A stretch of 64,000 nucleotides of DNA. Source: Chthoniobacterales bacterium. GTDB taxonomy: Bacteria; Verrucomicrobiota; Verrucomicrobiia; Chthoniobacterales; UBA10450. Each line of letters starts with the position of its first letter. Position 1 is the stretch's first letter. Of this stretch, positions 9,334 to 19,725 are shown piece after piece. The position numbers and the translations under genes were made by a program. The stretch spans positions 31,405-95,404 of the forward strand of contig JBBSQB010000008.1 of the NCBI GenBank assembly GCA_038258245.1, written 5' to 3'. The notes under the pieces are model-generated. The model ran no database searches. It was not told where the DNA came from and saw nothing but the letters and a program-made list of their open reading frames with translations.

Positions 9334-10881
9334 ATGCTTGATAATATTGCCTTCTCCGCGCGCCTGAAAGGCATATTCCTCGGCGGAATCGGCCTTCTTC
9401 TCGCGGTCGTCGCCGGCGGGCTGATCGGGAGCGCGGATTATCAGCCTTTGATTTTCGCGGTCCTGATAGCCGGCGGAATCGCCTTTGTCATCTGGTCCGG
9501 ACGTTTTTTTTGGGTCGTGGCAGTCGCTTCCTCGTTTCTGGCGGGCACATTTCCCATTCTGGGTGGTTCGTTCAATACCTTCCAGCTTCTGATGGCAGTC
9601 GGGCTTGTGAAATTTTTCATCGAGGATGTGGTGATGCGCCGGGCCCGCGCGCCGAGAATGCGGCGATTCGACCTTTTAATGGTGGTGGGGTTCATGGGGG
9701 TCCTTGTTCTCCATGCCTTTCATGATCGGCTCGGAATGCGGTTCCTTGGCTCAACGGTTTGGGGCGGCCGCAATTATATAAATGTCTTTGTCGGTTTCTT
9801 TGCCTACTTCGCGCTGCAAATCATTCCGGCGCGCGGCCGTCTCTGGGATAAACTTCCTTATTTGGTTTTGGCGGTTACCAGTTTCGACTTGCTGATCGCT
9901 ATCATTACCGCCGTCGCTCCCTCGACCATTTACGCCATCTACCCTTTTTACTCGGCGGTTTCCGTCTCGGGCACCACGGAATTGCTTACCGGCCAGGAAG
10001 ACATCACCGGCCGGATCGGCAACCTGGGCAACTTCGGGGTAGCCCTGGTCACCATCATTCTAGCGCGGGTCACCCTGCCGCGGCTTTTAACTCTGCAGCA
10101 CCTTGGCCGACTTCTCCTGTCGGCGTTCGGGTTCCTGATGGTCCTCGCTTCGGGGTTCCGGTCTTCGGTCGCCGCTCTCTGTTTTACCTACATGGCGGCG
10201 GCCATCCGGGACTTGCGCTTTCGTGCCTTGGCTCTGCTGCCGATCGTGGCCTGCGTTTTGTTTGGTCTTTCCTATGTCAATTCCGAGATTGTGCGATTGC
10301 CAAAACAAGCGCAGCGAGCCTTGACTTTCGTGCCCGGGGATTGGGACACAGAGATGAGGCAGAGTGCCGATGCTTCGAATGATTTTCGCCAGCATGTGTG
10401 GACCACATTCCTGGAGGATTATTTTCCGCAACATCCCTGGATTGGACGCGGTTTCGGCTTTCGCTCCGAATGGATCGCAAAGTCCGTTTTTTTGGATCAA
10501 GCCGTCGATTATCAGCAGTGGGTAGAAGTCGGTAACATTCACAACGGTTTTCTCGCGAGCCTCGATGCCTTGGGAATCATCGGCACGATTTTCTTTATTA
10601 TTTGGAATGTTCGGCTCCTGTTCCAGACGTTCCAGGTCTCCTTCGCAATGAAGGAAGAAGGCGGTTTTGCCCTCCGCTTTATTGCTTTGCAACTCGCGGT
10701 GGCGATTCTGGCCTTTTGGGTGGGCGCGATGACCGTCGGGACCTATCTTCCATCGGTGTTTGCGTTCGCGGGCGTTTTCCTGGGACTTCGGCGCCGGATC
10801 GAGATGGAAGGGCTGACGGAATCGCTGGCAGACCCGCGTCCAACTGCGCAGCCAGTGTCCGCAGTGGTCGCAACGACCTGA
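9334..10881 (+). CDS. O-antigen ligase/polymerase family membrane protein (Wzy_C-like)
   Basis: 515-aa polytopic protein. Periplasmic loop followed by 'VGNIHNGFLASLDALGIIG', the HN.(F/Y)L motif of the family. Confidence 0.65.
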   Translation: MLDNIAFSARLKGIFLGGIGLLLAVVAGGLIGSADYQPLIFAVLIAGGIAFVIWSGRFFWVVAVASSFLAGTFPILGGSFNTFQLLMAVGLVKFFIEDVVMRRARAPRMRRFDLLMVVGFMGVLVLHAFHDRLGMRFLGSTVWGGRNYINVFVGFFAYFALQIIPARGRLWDKLPYLVLAVTSFDLLIAIITAVAPSTIYAIYPFYSAVSVSGTTELLTGQEDITGRIGNLGNFGVALVTIILARVTLPRLLTLQHLGRLLLSAFGFLMVLASGFRSSVAALCFTYMAAAIRDLRFRALALLPIVACVLFGLSYVNSEIVRLPKQAQRALTFVPGDWDTEMRQSADASNDFRQHVWTTFLEDYFPQHPWIGRGFGFRSEWIAKSVFLDQAVDYQQWVEVGNIHNGFLASLDALGIIGTIFFIIWNVRLLFQTFQVSFAMKEEGGFALRFIALQLAVAILAFWVGAMTVGTYLPSVFAFAGVFLGLRRRIEMEGLTESLADPRPTAQPVSAVVATT

Positions 10882-11002
10882 CCCGTCTGCGGTGGTTGCG
10901 CAACGCTGAGCCTGGCCCGCCCTTCCCTCGGCGACTTCGATAAACCGATATGACCATCGACACTGGAAATATCTTCAGACAAACTCCTTCTTCTTTCGCG
11001 AC

Positions 11003-11830
11003 ATGATCTCAGTAATCACCCCCAGTTTTAACCAGAGCGATTGGTTACGGTTGGCCGTCGCCTCGGTGGCCGATCAGGAAGGTATCGAGCACGAACACAT
11101 CGTGCAGGACGCGCTCTCCACCGATGGCACACGCGACTGGCTCGCCAACGATTCGCGGGTGCAGGCGTCTTTTGAAAAAGATGCCGGCATGTACGATGCG
11201 ATCAATCGGGGGCTGCGGCGGACGACGGGTGAAATCTGTGCCTATCTCAATTGCGATGAGCAATATTTGCCAGGCGCGTTGCGCACCATTGAAAACGCTT
11301 TTCAACAGGATCCTACGGCAGACCTGATATTTGCTGGATCCATCGTGGTGGACGCTCAGGGCGCTTACATCTGCAGCCGTCCGGCTCTGCAGCCTTCCTT
11401 CCAGCAACTCGCAGCGGGAAACATGTATAATCTTACCTCTTCCATATTCTTTCGCGCGCGAGTCTTCAGGGAGCACGATTTGTTTTTCGATCCAAACTAT
11501 CGCGTGATTGGGGATTTGGAGTGGATGCTGCGGGTCGTCGAAGCTGGGTTGCGCATTATCACGGTGCCTGCCTTCACCTCTGTCTTCGCAGATTTGGGAA
11601 CAAACCTCGCGCTCAGCCCGAGTAGCGCCGCCGAAAAAAGAAAACTTCGAAAGAGGCGCCCGGGGATTCCCTTGGGAGTAGCAAAGATCCTCCATCGCTT
11701 GCAGCGCTGGCGTGCCGGTCACTATCGTTTGCCTCCCTTCGATTATGCTATCTACACGGCGGCCCAGCCTGATCATCGGAAATCCCTTCATGTGCAAAAA
11801 CCAACGGGGGTTTGGCATAATCGGCTTTAG
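11003..11830 (+). CDS. Glycosyltransferase family 2
   Basis: 'MISVITPSFNQSDWLRLAVASVADQ' and 'YLNCDEQY' (DxD-like). Confidence 0.8.
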   Translation: MISVITPSFNQSDWLRLAVASVADQEGIEHEHIVQDALSTDGTRDWLANDSRVQASFEKDAGMYDAINRGLRRTTGEICAYLNCDEQYLPGALRTIENAFQQDPTADLIFAGSIVVDAQGAYICSRPALQPSFQQLAAGNMYNLTSSIFFRARVFREHDLFFDPNYRVIGDLEWMLRVVEAGLRIITVPAFTSVFADLGTNLALSPSSAAEKRKLRKRRPGIPLGVAKILHRLQRWRAGHYRLPPFDYAIYTAAQPDHRKSLHVQKPTGVWHNRL

Positions 11831-11916
11831 TGACCCCGGCCGTGATTTCTCGATTCGCGTTCCGGCGTTTCTGTCGGTTGATTTTCTCGGCTTCATGATG
11901 CGATATAGGGCTGGTC

Positions 11917-13086
11917 GTGAGCCGCTCTCCGAAACGCATTCTGTTTGTTCTGAATAGTGCCGATATTTACGGAGCCAGCCGATGCTTGGTCCGATTCTGC
12001 AATACCTTGGATCGATCCCTCTTCACCCCAGTGGTGCTGCTGCCAGAAGACGGACCTCTCCTCTCCATGCTTCGTGATGCATTGGTCGAAGAAATTGTCT
12101 TTAGTCCCGTCAGCATCGTCACACGGGGCGCTCTTCGATCCTGGCGGGCGATACCACTTCTCTTTGGAATCCCCTTAAATGCCTGGCGCCTGCGCGGGTT
12201 TATCCATTCTCACCGCATCGATTTGGTGCATACCAACGTAGGGATAATTTTGTCCTCTGCGTTGGGAGCGCGCTGGGCGGGAATTCCTCACATCTGGCAT
12301 ATTCGCGATTGGTACGGAGAATTTCGCTGGCTCTGGAAGTGGTATCGCTGGTTTATTCTGCGGTTTTCACAAGTCGTCATTTGCGTCTCCCGCGCGATTG
12401 CCGACCAATTTCCGGCATCCGAGAAGGTCGTCGTCGTGCACGATGGTTTTCCGTCCCACGAGTTTGCAGTCGATCGACCGCGGTTGCGCTCAGATTTCCG
12501 CAAAAAATATGAAATCAGCGCCGATGCGCCGGTCGTTGGCTGCATAGGGCGAATTAAATTCGTCAGGAAAGGCCAGGAGTTTCTGGTCCGCGCCGCAGCT
12601 CTTCTGCGCGATCGCGGCCATCCGGTGGTCACACTCATTGTGGGTAATCCAGCACCGGGCAGCGAGGATCATTTGCTTCGACTGCAAAATCTTGCGCGAG
12701 AGCTTCAAATTTTCGATCAGGTGATTTTTACCGGAGAGCTTTCGGATACTCGCGAAGCCTATGCCGCATTGGATATTTTCACCCTCACGTCCGGCCAGCC
12801 CGAACCGTTTGGCGGAGTGGTCATGGAGGCCATGTACATGTCGCTGCCCGTTATTGCGACTGCCCTTGGCGGATCCCTCGATCAAGTCGTGGACGGCGAA
12901 ACCGGGTTTCTGATTGAACCCAGAAACCCCGAGGCGCTGGCCGAAAAAATCGCTCGATTGCTCGACGATCCAGGGCTTCGAAAGCAAATGGGGAGAGCGG
13001 GTCGGATGCGAATGGAAACTGCTTTCACTCTCGAAGGAATGACCTCGAAAATCGAAGATCTTTATCGCACGGTTTTGACTTCATGA
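11917..13086 (+). CDS. Glycosyltransferase family 4 (GT-B)
   Basis: GTG start. 'RILFVLNSADIYGASR' and 'SGQPEPFGGVVMEAMYMSLPVIAT'. Confidence 0.8.
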   Translation: MSRSPKRILFVLNSADIYGASRCLVRFCNTLDRSLFTPVVLLPEDGPLLSMLRDALVEEIVFSPVSIVTRGALRSWRAIPLLFGIPLNAWRLRGFIHSHRIDLVHTNVGIILSSALGARWAGIPHIWHIRDWYGEFRWLWKWYRWFILRFSQVVICVSRAIADQFPASEKVVVVHDGFPSHEFAVDRPRLRSDFRKKYEISADAPVVGCIGRIKFVRKGQEFLVRAAALLRDRGHPVVTLIVGNPAPGSEDHLLRLQNLARELQIFDQVIFTGELSDTREAYAALDIFTLTSGQPEPFGGVVMEAMYMSLPVIATALGGSLDQVVDGETGFLIEPRNPEALAEKIARLLDDPGLRKQMGRAGRMRMETAFTLEGMTSKIEDLYRTVLTS

Positions 13087-14075
13087 GGCTTCTTCTCACG
13101 GGCGGCTCCGGTTTCATTGGAACCAACGCGATCGAAACTTTCGCACCCCGCAGCGAGGCGCTTCTAAATTATTCGATCGATCTGCCGCTCAATCTCGAGC
13201 AGACGAGGTATTGGCGTGCGGGCGACATTTTGGACGCCGCAGCCACCGCCGCAGCCTTCCGCGACTTTCAACCAACACACGTTCTTCATCTGGCTGCTCG
13301 GGCTGATTGCGACGAAAACACCACGGTCGAGGCGGGCTATCGCGTGAACACCGAAGGAACGCAAAACGTTCTCGATGCGATTCAAGCAACGCCATCCGTC
13401 GAACGCTGCATTATCACCTCCACACAATTTGTGTGCGGCCCGGGCCGACTTCCCGCCAATGACGCCGATTACTTTCCGGAAACGGTCTATGGCCAAAGCA
13501 AAGTGATTACCGAGCAACTGACCAGGGCCGCTCAGCTATCGTGCGGCTGGACAATCATTCGCCCGACCAATGTCTGGGGCCCCTGGCACATGCGTTACCG
13601 GCGGGAATTCTGGCGGGTGCTCCAAAAGGGACTGTATGTTCATCCCGGCCATCAAACCGTGGTGCGATCCTATGGATACGTGAAGAATGTCGTGCATCAA
13701 ATCGCCCGCATTTTCAGTCTCCCGATCGACCGCGTTTCCGGTCGCACTCTTTACGTCGGCGACGCCCCTCTCAATCTGCTCGACTGGGTAAACGGATTCT
13801 CCAAAGCGCTGACGGGAAGACAGGTTCGGGTCATTCCTCGGCCGATCATGCGGGCACTGGCCCTCTTGGGCGATATTCCCACGACCATAACCGGCAGGGC
13901 GTTTCTCATTAACAGCTCGCGCTATCGGAGCATGATCACCGACTACGACACTCCGATCGCGCCCACCTTTGCCTTACTCGGCGATCCGCCTGTCACCTGG
14001 CAGAGAGGGATACGGGACACAATTGAGTGGCTCAATAACTCCGAAGGCCTGGCGGACATAGGCGGAGGCAATTAA
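13083..14075 (+). CDS. NAD-dependent epimerase/dehydratase family protein
   Basis: 'MRLLLTGGSGFIGTN' Rossmann motif and 'YGQSK' catalytic YxxxK. ATGA overlap with the upstream gene. Confidence 0.8.
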   Translation: MRLLLTGGSGFIGTNAIETFAPRSEALLNYSIDLPLNLEQTRYWRAGDILDAAATAAAFRDFQPTHVLHLAARADCDENTTVEAGYRVNTEGTQNVLDAIQATPSVERCIITSTQFVCGPGRLPANDADYFPETVYGQSKVITEQLTRAAQLSCGWTIIRPTNVWGPWHMRYRREFWRVLQKGLYVHPGHQTVVRSYGYVKNVVHQIARIFSLPIDRVSGRTLYVGDAPLNLLDWVNGFSKALTGRQVRVIPRPIMRALALLGDIPTTITGRAFLINSSRYRSMITDYDTPIAPTFALLGDPPVTWQRGIRDTIEWLNNSEGLADIGGGN

Positions 14076-14084
14076 CCAACCTCA

Positions 14085-15587
14085 ATGAAATTCGCTCGTA
14101 GTTTTTGGTGGCTCTTATTTTTGGGGGTCGCCTTGCGTTGCATTGGCCTCACTCATCCCCTGGCGGACGCCCATTTATTACGACAGTGTCAAACCGCTGC
14201 GGCCACTAAAGACCTGCTCACGCAACCGGGTCTGAACCTCACCTATTCCATCCCGTGGCTCAGCCTCAACGGTGCGCGCTACGTGCTGGAGGTCCCATTC
14301 TACAATTATCTCGTCATCGCAGTAGCGGCCATCGTCCACAATTTGGACCTCGCCGGAAGGCTCACGAGCATTCTCCTCTGGTCAGCCTCATTCGTTTGTT
14401 TGCAACTGATCTGGAAATACCTCCTTACGGATCGACAAGCGTTTTGGGCAAACCTGCTGTTTGCGGTGTCGCCCTTGGGCGTCTTCTTTGGTCAAGCCTT
14501 CATGCCCGAAATGCTTGTGCAGCTCTGCGCCTTTGTTTTTGTGTGGCAAATCCTTTCTTACGAAGAGCGGCCAACTATCGGCCGGTGGTGTCTTCTCACG
14601 CTATCGGGGCTGATTGGATTACTGGTAAAATTGCCAGAAATCGCACATTTGTATTTGATCCTTGTTTTCGTGCTATTCCGCCTGGAACGAAAGTGGATCC
14701 TATTCAAACCACGCTACATCATGTCAGCGATAGTGACTCTCTTCGCCCTCATCGTATGGAGTCGCTTCGTCGATCATGTCAATGCGGCCTATCTGGCGGA
14801 ATGGGATTCCACCGCCAACTTGCGCGCATTCATAGGGCCGCTTGACCTGCGCTTCCAGCTCAAGCCGTGGATCATGCTGGGCCTATATGTGATTGTTTTC
14901 ATTTTTGCCGGGCCACCCGTTCTGGCCGGAGGTTATGGCCTTTCAAAACTTCTGAAAGCCCGCAATCCCAAACTTCTAATGGTGTGGCTCATCGCACTCA
15001 TGTTGTCCTATCTCCTATGGTTTGGTAACGGCGGCACCGCCCAAAGTTATTATAATTTGCCGGCCATGGCCCCTCTCTGTGCGCTGGTCGGAATAGGTAT
15101 CGCTCACTTATTATCGACCGGGATGTTTCAGCGATGGGCGAAAGTTGCAATCCCCGCCATCGTTGCTCTGATTGTAATCCCCGCTTTGCCCGTATATGCG
15201 TATCTTTTTAAACCGGATCGGCACCTGATCGATGCGACTAAATGGGTCGAAGCGAATACCCGTCCCGACGACGTAATCTTATTCCAGCTTAACCATCGGG
15301 CCGATATGGTTGCGTATCCCTACAATGCCGCCCCCGGATATCTGTCCAAGCGCCGCACTTTCATTTGGACCGATGAAATGCCGATGGACATCAAACAGAT
15401 GGCCCTGAAAAGTTCGCGTTTTGCGGTCGTCACTTTCCCATCCACTTCGGAAACAGGGGCGCTTGCCGTTTTCAAGCGCTGGCGGGGACTGGCTAATCCT
15501 AAAGCCAAAGGGACCGATTGGCTGCAACAGGCGGACTATCACTCCCTTCTGAAAACAGGTGATTTCGAAGTTTTTCAGCGCAACTGA
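14085..15587 (+). CDS. GT-C fold membrane glycosyltransferase (ArnT/PMT family 39-like)
   Basis: 500-aa protein with about 11 predicted TM helices followed by a soluble C-terminal domain. Lies next to a polyprenyl-phosphate sugar synthase-type GT2. Confidence 0.55.
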   Translation: MKFARSFWWLLFLGVALRCIGLTHPLADAHLLRQCQTAAATKDLLTQPGLNLTYSIPWLSLNGARYVLEVPFYNYLVIAVAAIVHNLDLAGRLTSILLWSASFVCLQLIWKYLLTDRQAFWANLLFAVSPLGVFFGQAFMPEMLVQLCAFVFVWQILSYEERPTIGRWCLLTLSGLIGLLVKLPEIAHLYLILVFVLFRLERKWILFKPRYIMSAIVTLFALIVWSRFVDHVNAAYLAEWDSTANLRAFIGPLDLRFQLKPWIMLGLYVIVFIFAGPPVLAGGYGLSKLLKARNPKLLMVWLIALMLSYLLWFGNGGTAQSYYNLPAMAPLCALVGIGIAHLLSTGMFQRWAKVAIPAIVALIVIPALPVYAYLFKPDRHLIDATKWVEANTRPDDVILFQLNHRADMVAYPYNAAPGYLSKRRTFIWTDEMPMDIKQMALKSSRFAVVTFPSTSETGALAVFKRWRGLANPKAKGTDWLQQADYHSLLKTGDFEVFQRN

Positions 15588-16258
15588 CCAGCTCGCTTTT
15601 GCGCAACAATCAGAAACTGCTTCCCGAAGACACGCCATGCTATCGGCAGCTTTAAGTAAACATCCAGGAACCTGGCGGGGTATTGTCGCTGCCGAACCAT
15701 GGTGAAAGGGAGAAACTTCGCAAAAGATTCCACGATCTCAAAGCCGCGATTGACCAAACCCTCGCTCAACGAAAGTTCGGTCAAGGGAAGGTAATGATCC
15801 CAAAAGTCCCAATACTGACCGGGCAGGAATTTGATATTTGGTCCCATGGCGATCAGCGTGCCTCCAGCCTTTAAACAGCGGTGGGCCTCGGAGAGCGTTC
15901 GACCAAGCGCACTTTTGTCGGGAAGATGCTCAAAGAAATTGCTCGTAAAAACGACATCGAGTGAATCGCTTTCCAAAGCCCACGAAGTTGAGCAATCCTG
16001 CTGAAGAAAACGCGTTCCCGATTCTAAATGCTTCGGAGCATCTGGATTGAGGTCCATCGCCATTTTCTCGCCACAGTTGACCGCGTTAATAAATTCACCG
16101 TAACCGCAACCGAGATCCAGGACGGCATCGTTTGGATCAATGTATTTCTGGAAAAACGATCGCAGAAGAACACCCCACACTTGCCTTCGATAAGCCAGAT
16201 TCTTCGCGAAACGTTCGTTATATATCCGCTGTAATTCTTCGACTTGGTCGGCACTCAT
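15575..16258 (-). CDS. Class I SAM-dependent methyltransferase
   Basis: 'VLDLGCGYGEFI' motif I. Start placed at ATG 16258, giving an ATGA overlap with the upstream GT2 stop. Confidence 0.75.
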   Translation of the reverse strand: MSADQVEELQRIYNERFAKNLAYRRQVWGVLLRSFFQKYIDPNDAVLDLGCGYGEFINAVNCGEKMAMDLNPDAPKHLESGTRFLQQDCSTSWALESDSLDVVFTSNFFEHLPDKSALGRTLSEAHRCLKAGGTLIAMGPNIKFLPGQYWDFWDHYLPLTELSLSEGLVNRGFEIVESFAKFLPFTMVRQRQYPARFLDVYLKLPIAWRVFGKQFLIVAQKRAGQLR

Positions 16259-17007
16259 CTCTTTCGATAGTCTCCGCGACTGAAGTATTTTTCCAGCCAT
16301 ATGTAGAGACAGATAAAGAGATATCGGCTGCCCATTTCTTTAAGTTTTAACTTCGCTTGACCGTGGCGCCGGTTGCGCCAGGTAATGGGAATTGTCGTCC
16401 ATGAGTAACCGCGAACGATCGCTTTGAGCGGCAATTCGACCGTCAAGTTGAAATGCGGCGAAATCAGCGGCTGACAACCATCGATTACGGTTTTCCGATA
16501 TGCCTTGAAGGCGTTTGTTGTGTCGTTGAGCCGAATTCGGAAAAGAAATTTCAGAAAAAGATTCGCAAGCCGATTCAGGAGGAGTTTTGCGCGCGGATAG
16601 TCAATGACACCTCCGCCCTTCATGAAGCGACTCCCGAAAACACATTCATAGCCTTCGTTAAGCTTTTCCCAGTACCGGACCACGTCACGACAATCATCCG
16701 ATTCGTCGGCCATCATAATGACAACGGCGTCCCCTTTCATCTCTTGTATACCCCGCACGATGGCGGTTCCAAAACCGGGGGCACGATCGTTTTGAATTGG
16801 TCGCAGTTCCGCAATATTAGTCGCCGTCTCGCTCAATAATCGCCAAGTGGAATCCGTGCTGCCGTCGTTGACGACGATGATCTCGTGCGGAACGTGACGT
16901 AGACGAAGTTCGATGTGAAGATGTTCGACGGTGGACGCAATGCATCCTTCTTCATCTCGTGCCGGGATAACAATGGAGAGGAGGGTAAGAGGGGGAGTTT
17001 CAATCAT
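16255..17007 (-). CDS. GT2 polyprenyl-phosphate sugar synthase (DPM1/ArnC/GtrB-like)
   Basis: 'LSIVIPARDEEGCI...IIVVNDGSTDST...MMADESDD'. Start at 17007, ATGA overlap with the epimerase stop. Confidence 0.75.
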   Translation of the reverse strand: MIETPPLTLLSIVIPARDEEGCIASTVEHLHIELRLRHVPHEIIVVNDGSTDSTWRLLSETATNIAELRPIQNDRAPGFGTAIVRGIQEMKGDAVVIMMADESDDCRDVVRYWEKLNEGYECVFGSRFMKGGGVIDYPRAKLLLNRLANLFLKFLFRIRLNDTTNAFKAYRKTVIDGCQPLISPHFNLTVELPLKAIVRGYSWTTIPITWRNRRHGQAKLKLKEMGSRYLFICLYIWLEKYFSRGDYRKR

Positions 17008-18068
17008 GGCAACGAAATTTCCAGCCAGGTTGGATGCTCTTCCGCATGTCTCGCAATTCCTTCTAAAATTGTCGGCCAGGCGGTTTCTGCTTCCCATCCC
17101 CACCTCTGTCGAGCCCGAGCGGAATCCAAAACCATCCAAGGGATATCAAAAGGCCGGGGATCTGCAGCGGATTTGACGCTTCTATTTCCAAAGCGCCCTG
17201 AACACCAATCGCTTAATTGAGCGAGGGAGATGCTATTTCGAACGCCGCCTCCTGCGTTAAATATGCGTTCGTCCGTTGCGCTCGCGTTTATCTGCTTTCG
17301 TATTAAGGGAATCAAATCGCGGGGATGTAAAACATCTCTTACCTGGCATCCACAGCCATTGAATCCCATGTATTGCAACGCCCGTTGGCGCAGCCAGGTG
17401 TTGATCCAATAAGTAAAGATGCCCTGATCCGCCCGTCCGAACTGTCCCGCGCCCGCGAGTACTCCGCAGCGATTTATCCAGACCGGAAAATCGAAGTCAG
17501 AACCGTATTCCAACGCCAAATGTTCCGACGTGAGTTTGGTGCTTCCATATAAAGAAACGGGAGGAGCAGTCGAGAATTCCTCAGAAATGCCGTTTAAGCT
17601 TAGGCCAACTGGGAATTCCTGGTCGGCAACAAGGTGAAAGGCCTTTTCTTTTTCGAAAACCTTCAAACGATTCAGCGAGTCCACAGAATACACACGGCTG
17701 GTGCTGAGAAGAACAAGCCCAGCGCGGTGTCGTTTGCAGAATTCCAATAAGTTAATCGTGCCGCCTAAATTGTGCTCAACCAATTGACGACTGCTGCTTT
17801 GTCCATCAACTCCCGCCAGGACGCTAGGATTTGCGGCCGCGTCGATTACCCAATCCGCTCGCGGCAAAGCATCAATGTCGCTGGGGCAACGAATGTCGGC
17901 GTGCCGAACCTCCACGCCAATCGCTCTCAAGGTGAGGCGATTGCTTTCACTGCCGGGGCGGGCAAAATTGTCTATGCCAACAATTTCCGCCTCTTCCAAA
18001 TGCTCACGAAGTGAGGTTGCGAGGCTGCTCCCGACAAATCCACAAACACCGGTAATTAAAAAACGCAT
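17004..18068 (-). CDS. NAD-dependent epimerase/dehydratase family protein
   Basis: Start placed at ATG 18068 (MRFLITGVCGFVGSSLA). 'YGSTK' YxxxK motif. The longer ORF to 18254 adds a non-homologous leader. Confidence 0.8.
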   Translation of the reverse strand: MRFLITGVCGFVGSSLATSLREHLEEAEIVGIDNFARPGSESNRLTLRAIGVEVRHADIRCPSDIDALPRADWVIDAAANPSVLAGVDGQSSSRQLVEHNLGGTINLLEFCKRHRAGLVLLSTSRVYSVDSLNRLKVFEKEKAFHLVADQEFPVGLSLNGISEEFSTAPPVSLYGSTKLTSEHLALEYGSDFDFPVWINRCGVLAGAGQFGRADQGIFTYWINTWLRQRALQYMGFNGCGCQVRDVLHPRDLIPLIRKQINASATDERIFNAGGGVRNSISLAQLSDWCSGRFGNRSVKSAADPRPFDIPWMVLDSARARQRWGWEAETAWPTILEGIARHAEEHPTWLEISLP

Positions 18069-18313
18069 TGCAAATTCGAGGCATTGAGGGGCCCGATCAT
18101 CATAAAAAACCAACGCCCCAGCAACAATGAATCTCATCAGATAATTGCAAATGCTTTTCAGCATCCAATTCCAGAGCTCGCTGCTACCTGGACGCCGATC
18201 GCGCAAAAAGGATGGCGCGGACCGGTTTGACGTCCCATCCCGGTCCGTTTGCATGATATTGTTTTCGCGCTTGGAAAGTTGCGCTTAGCGAGGACACTGA
18301 TATCGGAACACCC

Positions 18314-19135
18314 GTGCGCACGGCCGAAATGAGAGAGATCTGTCAGAAAGGCGAAGGCGAACTTTTTTTGGTTTCCGCCTACGTCTACCGGCCGTTCACC
18401 ATTTATTTTTCGCGGTTCTGCATTTTCCTGGGACTGCGCAGCAACCTGATTACGTTTTTGAGTTTGCTGGCGGGACTGGCCGCGGCCGGTTTAGCGCTGA
18501 GCTCGACACCGTTTTCCCTTCTCGCAGCAGCCTTTTTTCTGCAGGTCTACTCAGTTTTGGATCACGTGGATGGAGAAGTTGCCCGGTTTGATCTTCACTC
18601 CGGAAAGCAGACACCGTCCCTTGCTGGGGATTACTTCGATTTCTGGACCCATTTTCACACGCTCAATCTCGTATTTGCATGCCTCGGCCTTGGCCTTTTT
18701 CTTCAAACCGGCAGTGTCGTTTGGGCGATTCTCGGAATTCTCGCCTGCAATATCAGCGGCAATTTCCCGCGCTTGGTGCTCGCAAGTGTGGTGCTAAGCG
18801 GTTTGGCGCGAGACAAAATCGCTCTGAGGGAGAAGAACTTGGAACCGATTTTGGATATTTGCTGCGGTATTTCTCAGGGGAGCCGTTTTGCCCGGCAATT
18901 GCCTTTCACAAAAAGGGCGTACTTGGTGGTGAGCGAGTTTCTGGGTTTTCCTGGGAACGTGATGGTGCTGACGATCGTGTTTGTTGGTGATGGCCTGATC
19001 AGTCTTTCCCATCCCAGATTTTATCTGCTACGCACAGTCTACCTGTCGCTTTATTGCGTCTATGGGGTTCTCTCCAAGGCTGCGCGAACGATTGTCAGTA
19101 TCCGTCAGCTCAAGCAAGTTCCAATCCGAAAATGA
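18314..19135 (+). CDS. CDP-alcohol phosphotransferase family membrane protein (divergent)
   Basis: 'LDHVDGEVAR' matches the D(x)2DG(x)2AR core, but the downstream G/D residues are at non-canonical spacing. Polytopic membrane protein. Confidence 0.55.
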   Translation: MRTAEMREICQKGEGELFLVSAYVYRPFTIYFSRFCIFLGLRSNLITFLSLLAGLAAAGLALSSTPFSLLAAAFFLQVYSVLDHVDGEVARFDLHSGKQTPSLAGDYFDFWTHFHTLNLVFACLGLGLFLQTGSVVWAILGILACNISGNFPRLVLASVVLSGLARDKIALREKNLEPILDICCGISQGSRFARQLPFTKRAYLVVSEFLGFPGNVMVLTIVFVGDGLISLSHPRFYLLRTVYLSLYCVYGVLSKAARTIVSIRQLKQVPIRK

Positions 19136-19224
19136 GTAGCGTTCCCGCCTTCTCCGCGCCGCCGCGTCGTCGCGAAAGTTGCGCCCGCTAACCGACCAGT
19201 TTCAAGAAGATAGGCCACCGCCGC

Positions 19225-19725
19225 CTACCTGGCAGCGTGATCCTTTTTCCACGTCTCAATGTGTTGTGTTTCGCGTTTGAATTCAGCAGAAATGATTTCG
19301 TATGTGCTTTGGATGATTTTCCGTTTGATGCTCGTGGTGCTGACATCTGGGGTGTAATCGAAATAAACGACTTTTTTCCCAGGTTGAGATTTCATCCATT
19401 CCAACCCAGCCAGATGTTTACCCTTCCAATCATCTCCGATGGTTACGATATCGACCTCATACTTTTTAAGCTGCGCGATCTCGGTGAGAATCGTCTGTTT
19501 GACAGCCTTATCAACACAACCAATCGACTTTACAATTCGAAACCGTTCATTAAACGGAATCACCGGCGGAAGCCCCTTGTAGTCGGCAATTAATTCGTCC
19601 GTGCTCACACCGACAACCAGAATGTCTCCCAGTGCTTTGGAGCGCTCGAGAATATTGAGATGACCAACATGTAACAGATCCCAACTCCCTGATGTGAATA
19701 CTATTTTTTTTGCCCTTTTTCCCAT
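19225..19725 (-). CDS. Cytidylyltransferase (TagD/ECT-type, HxGH nucleotidyltransferase)
   Basis: 'FTSGSWDLLHVGHLNILE' HxGH motif and a C-terminal 'DVSTTSIKRKI' (RTxGISTT-like) motif. Confidence 0.8.
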   Translation of the reverse strand: MGKRAKKIVFTSGSWDLLHVGHLNILERSKALGDILVVGVSTDELIADYKGLPPVIPFNERFRIVKSIGCVDKAVKQTILTEIAQLKKYEVDIVTIGDDWKGKHLAGLEWMKSQPGKKVVYFDYTPDVSTTSIKRKIIQSTYEIISAEFKRETQHIETWKKDHAAR

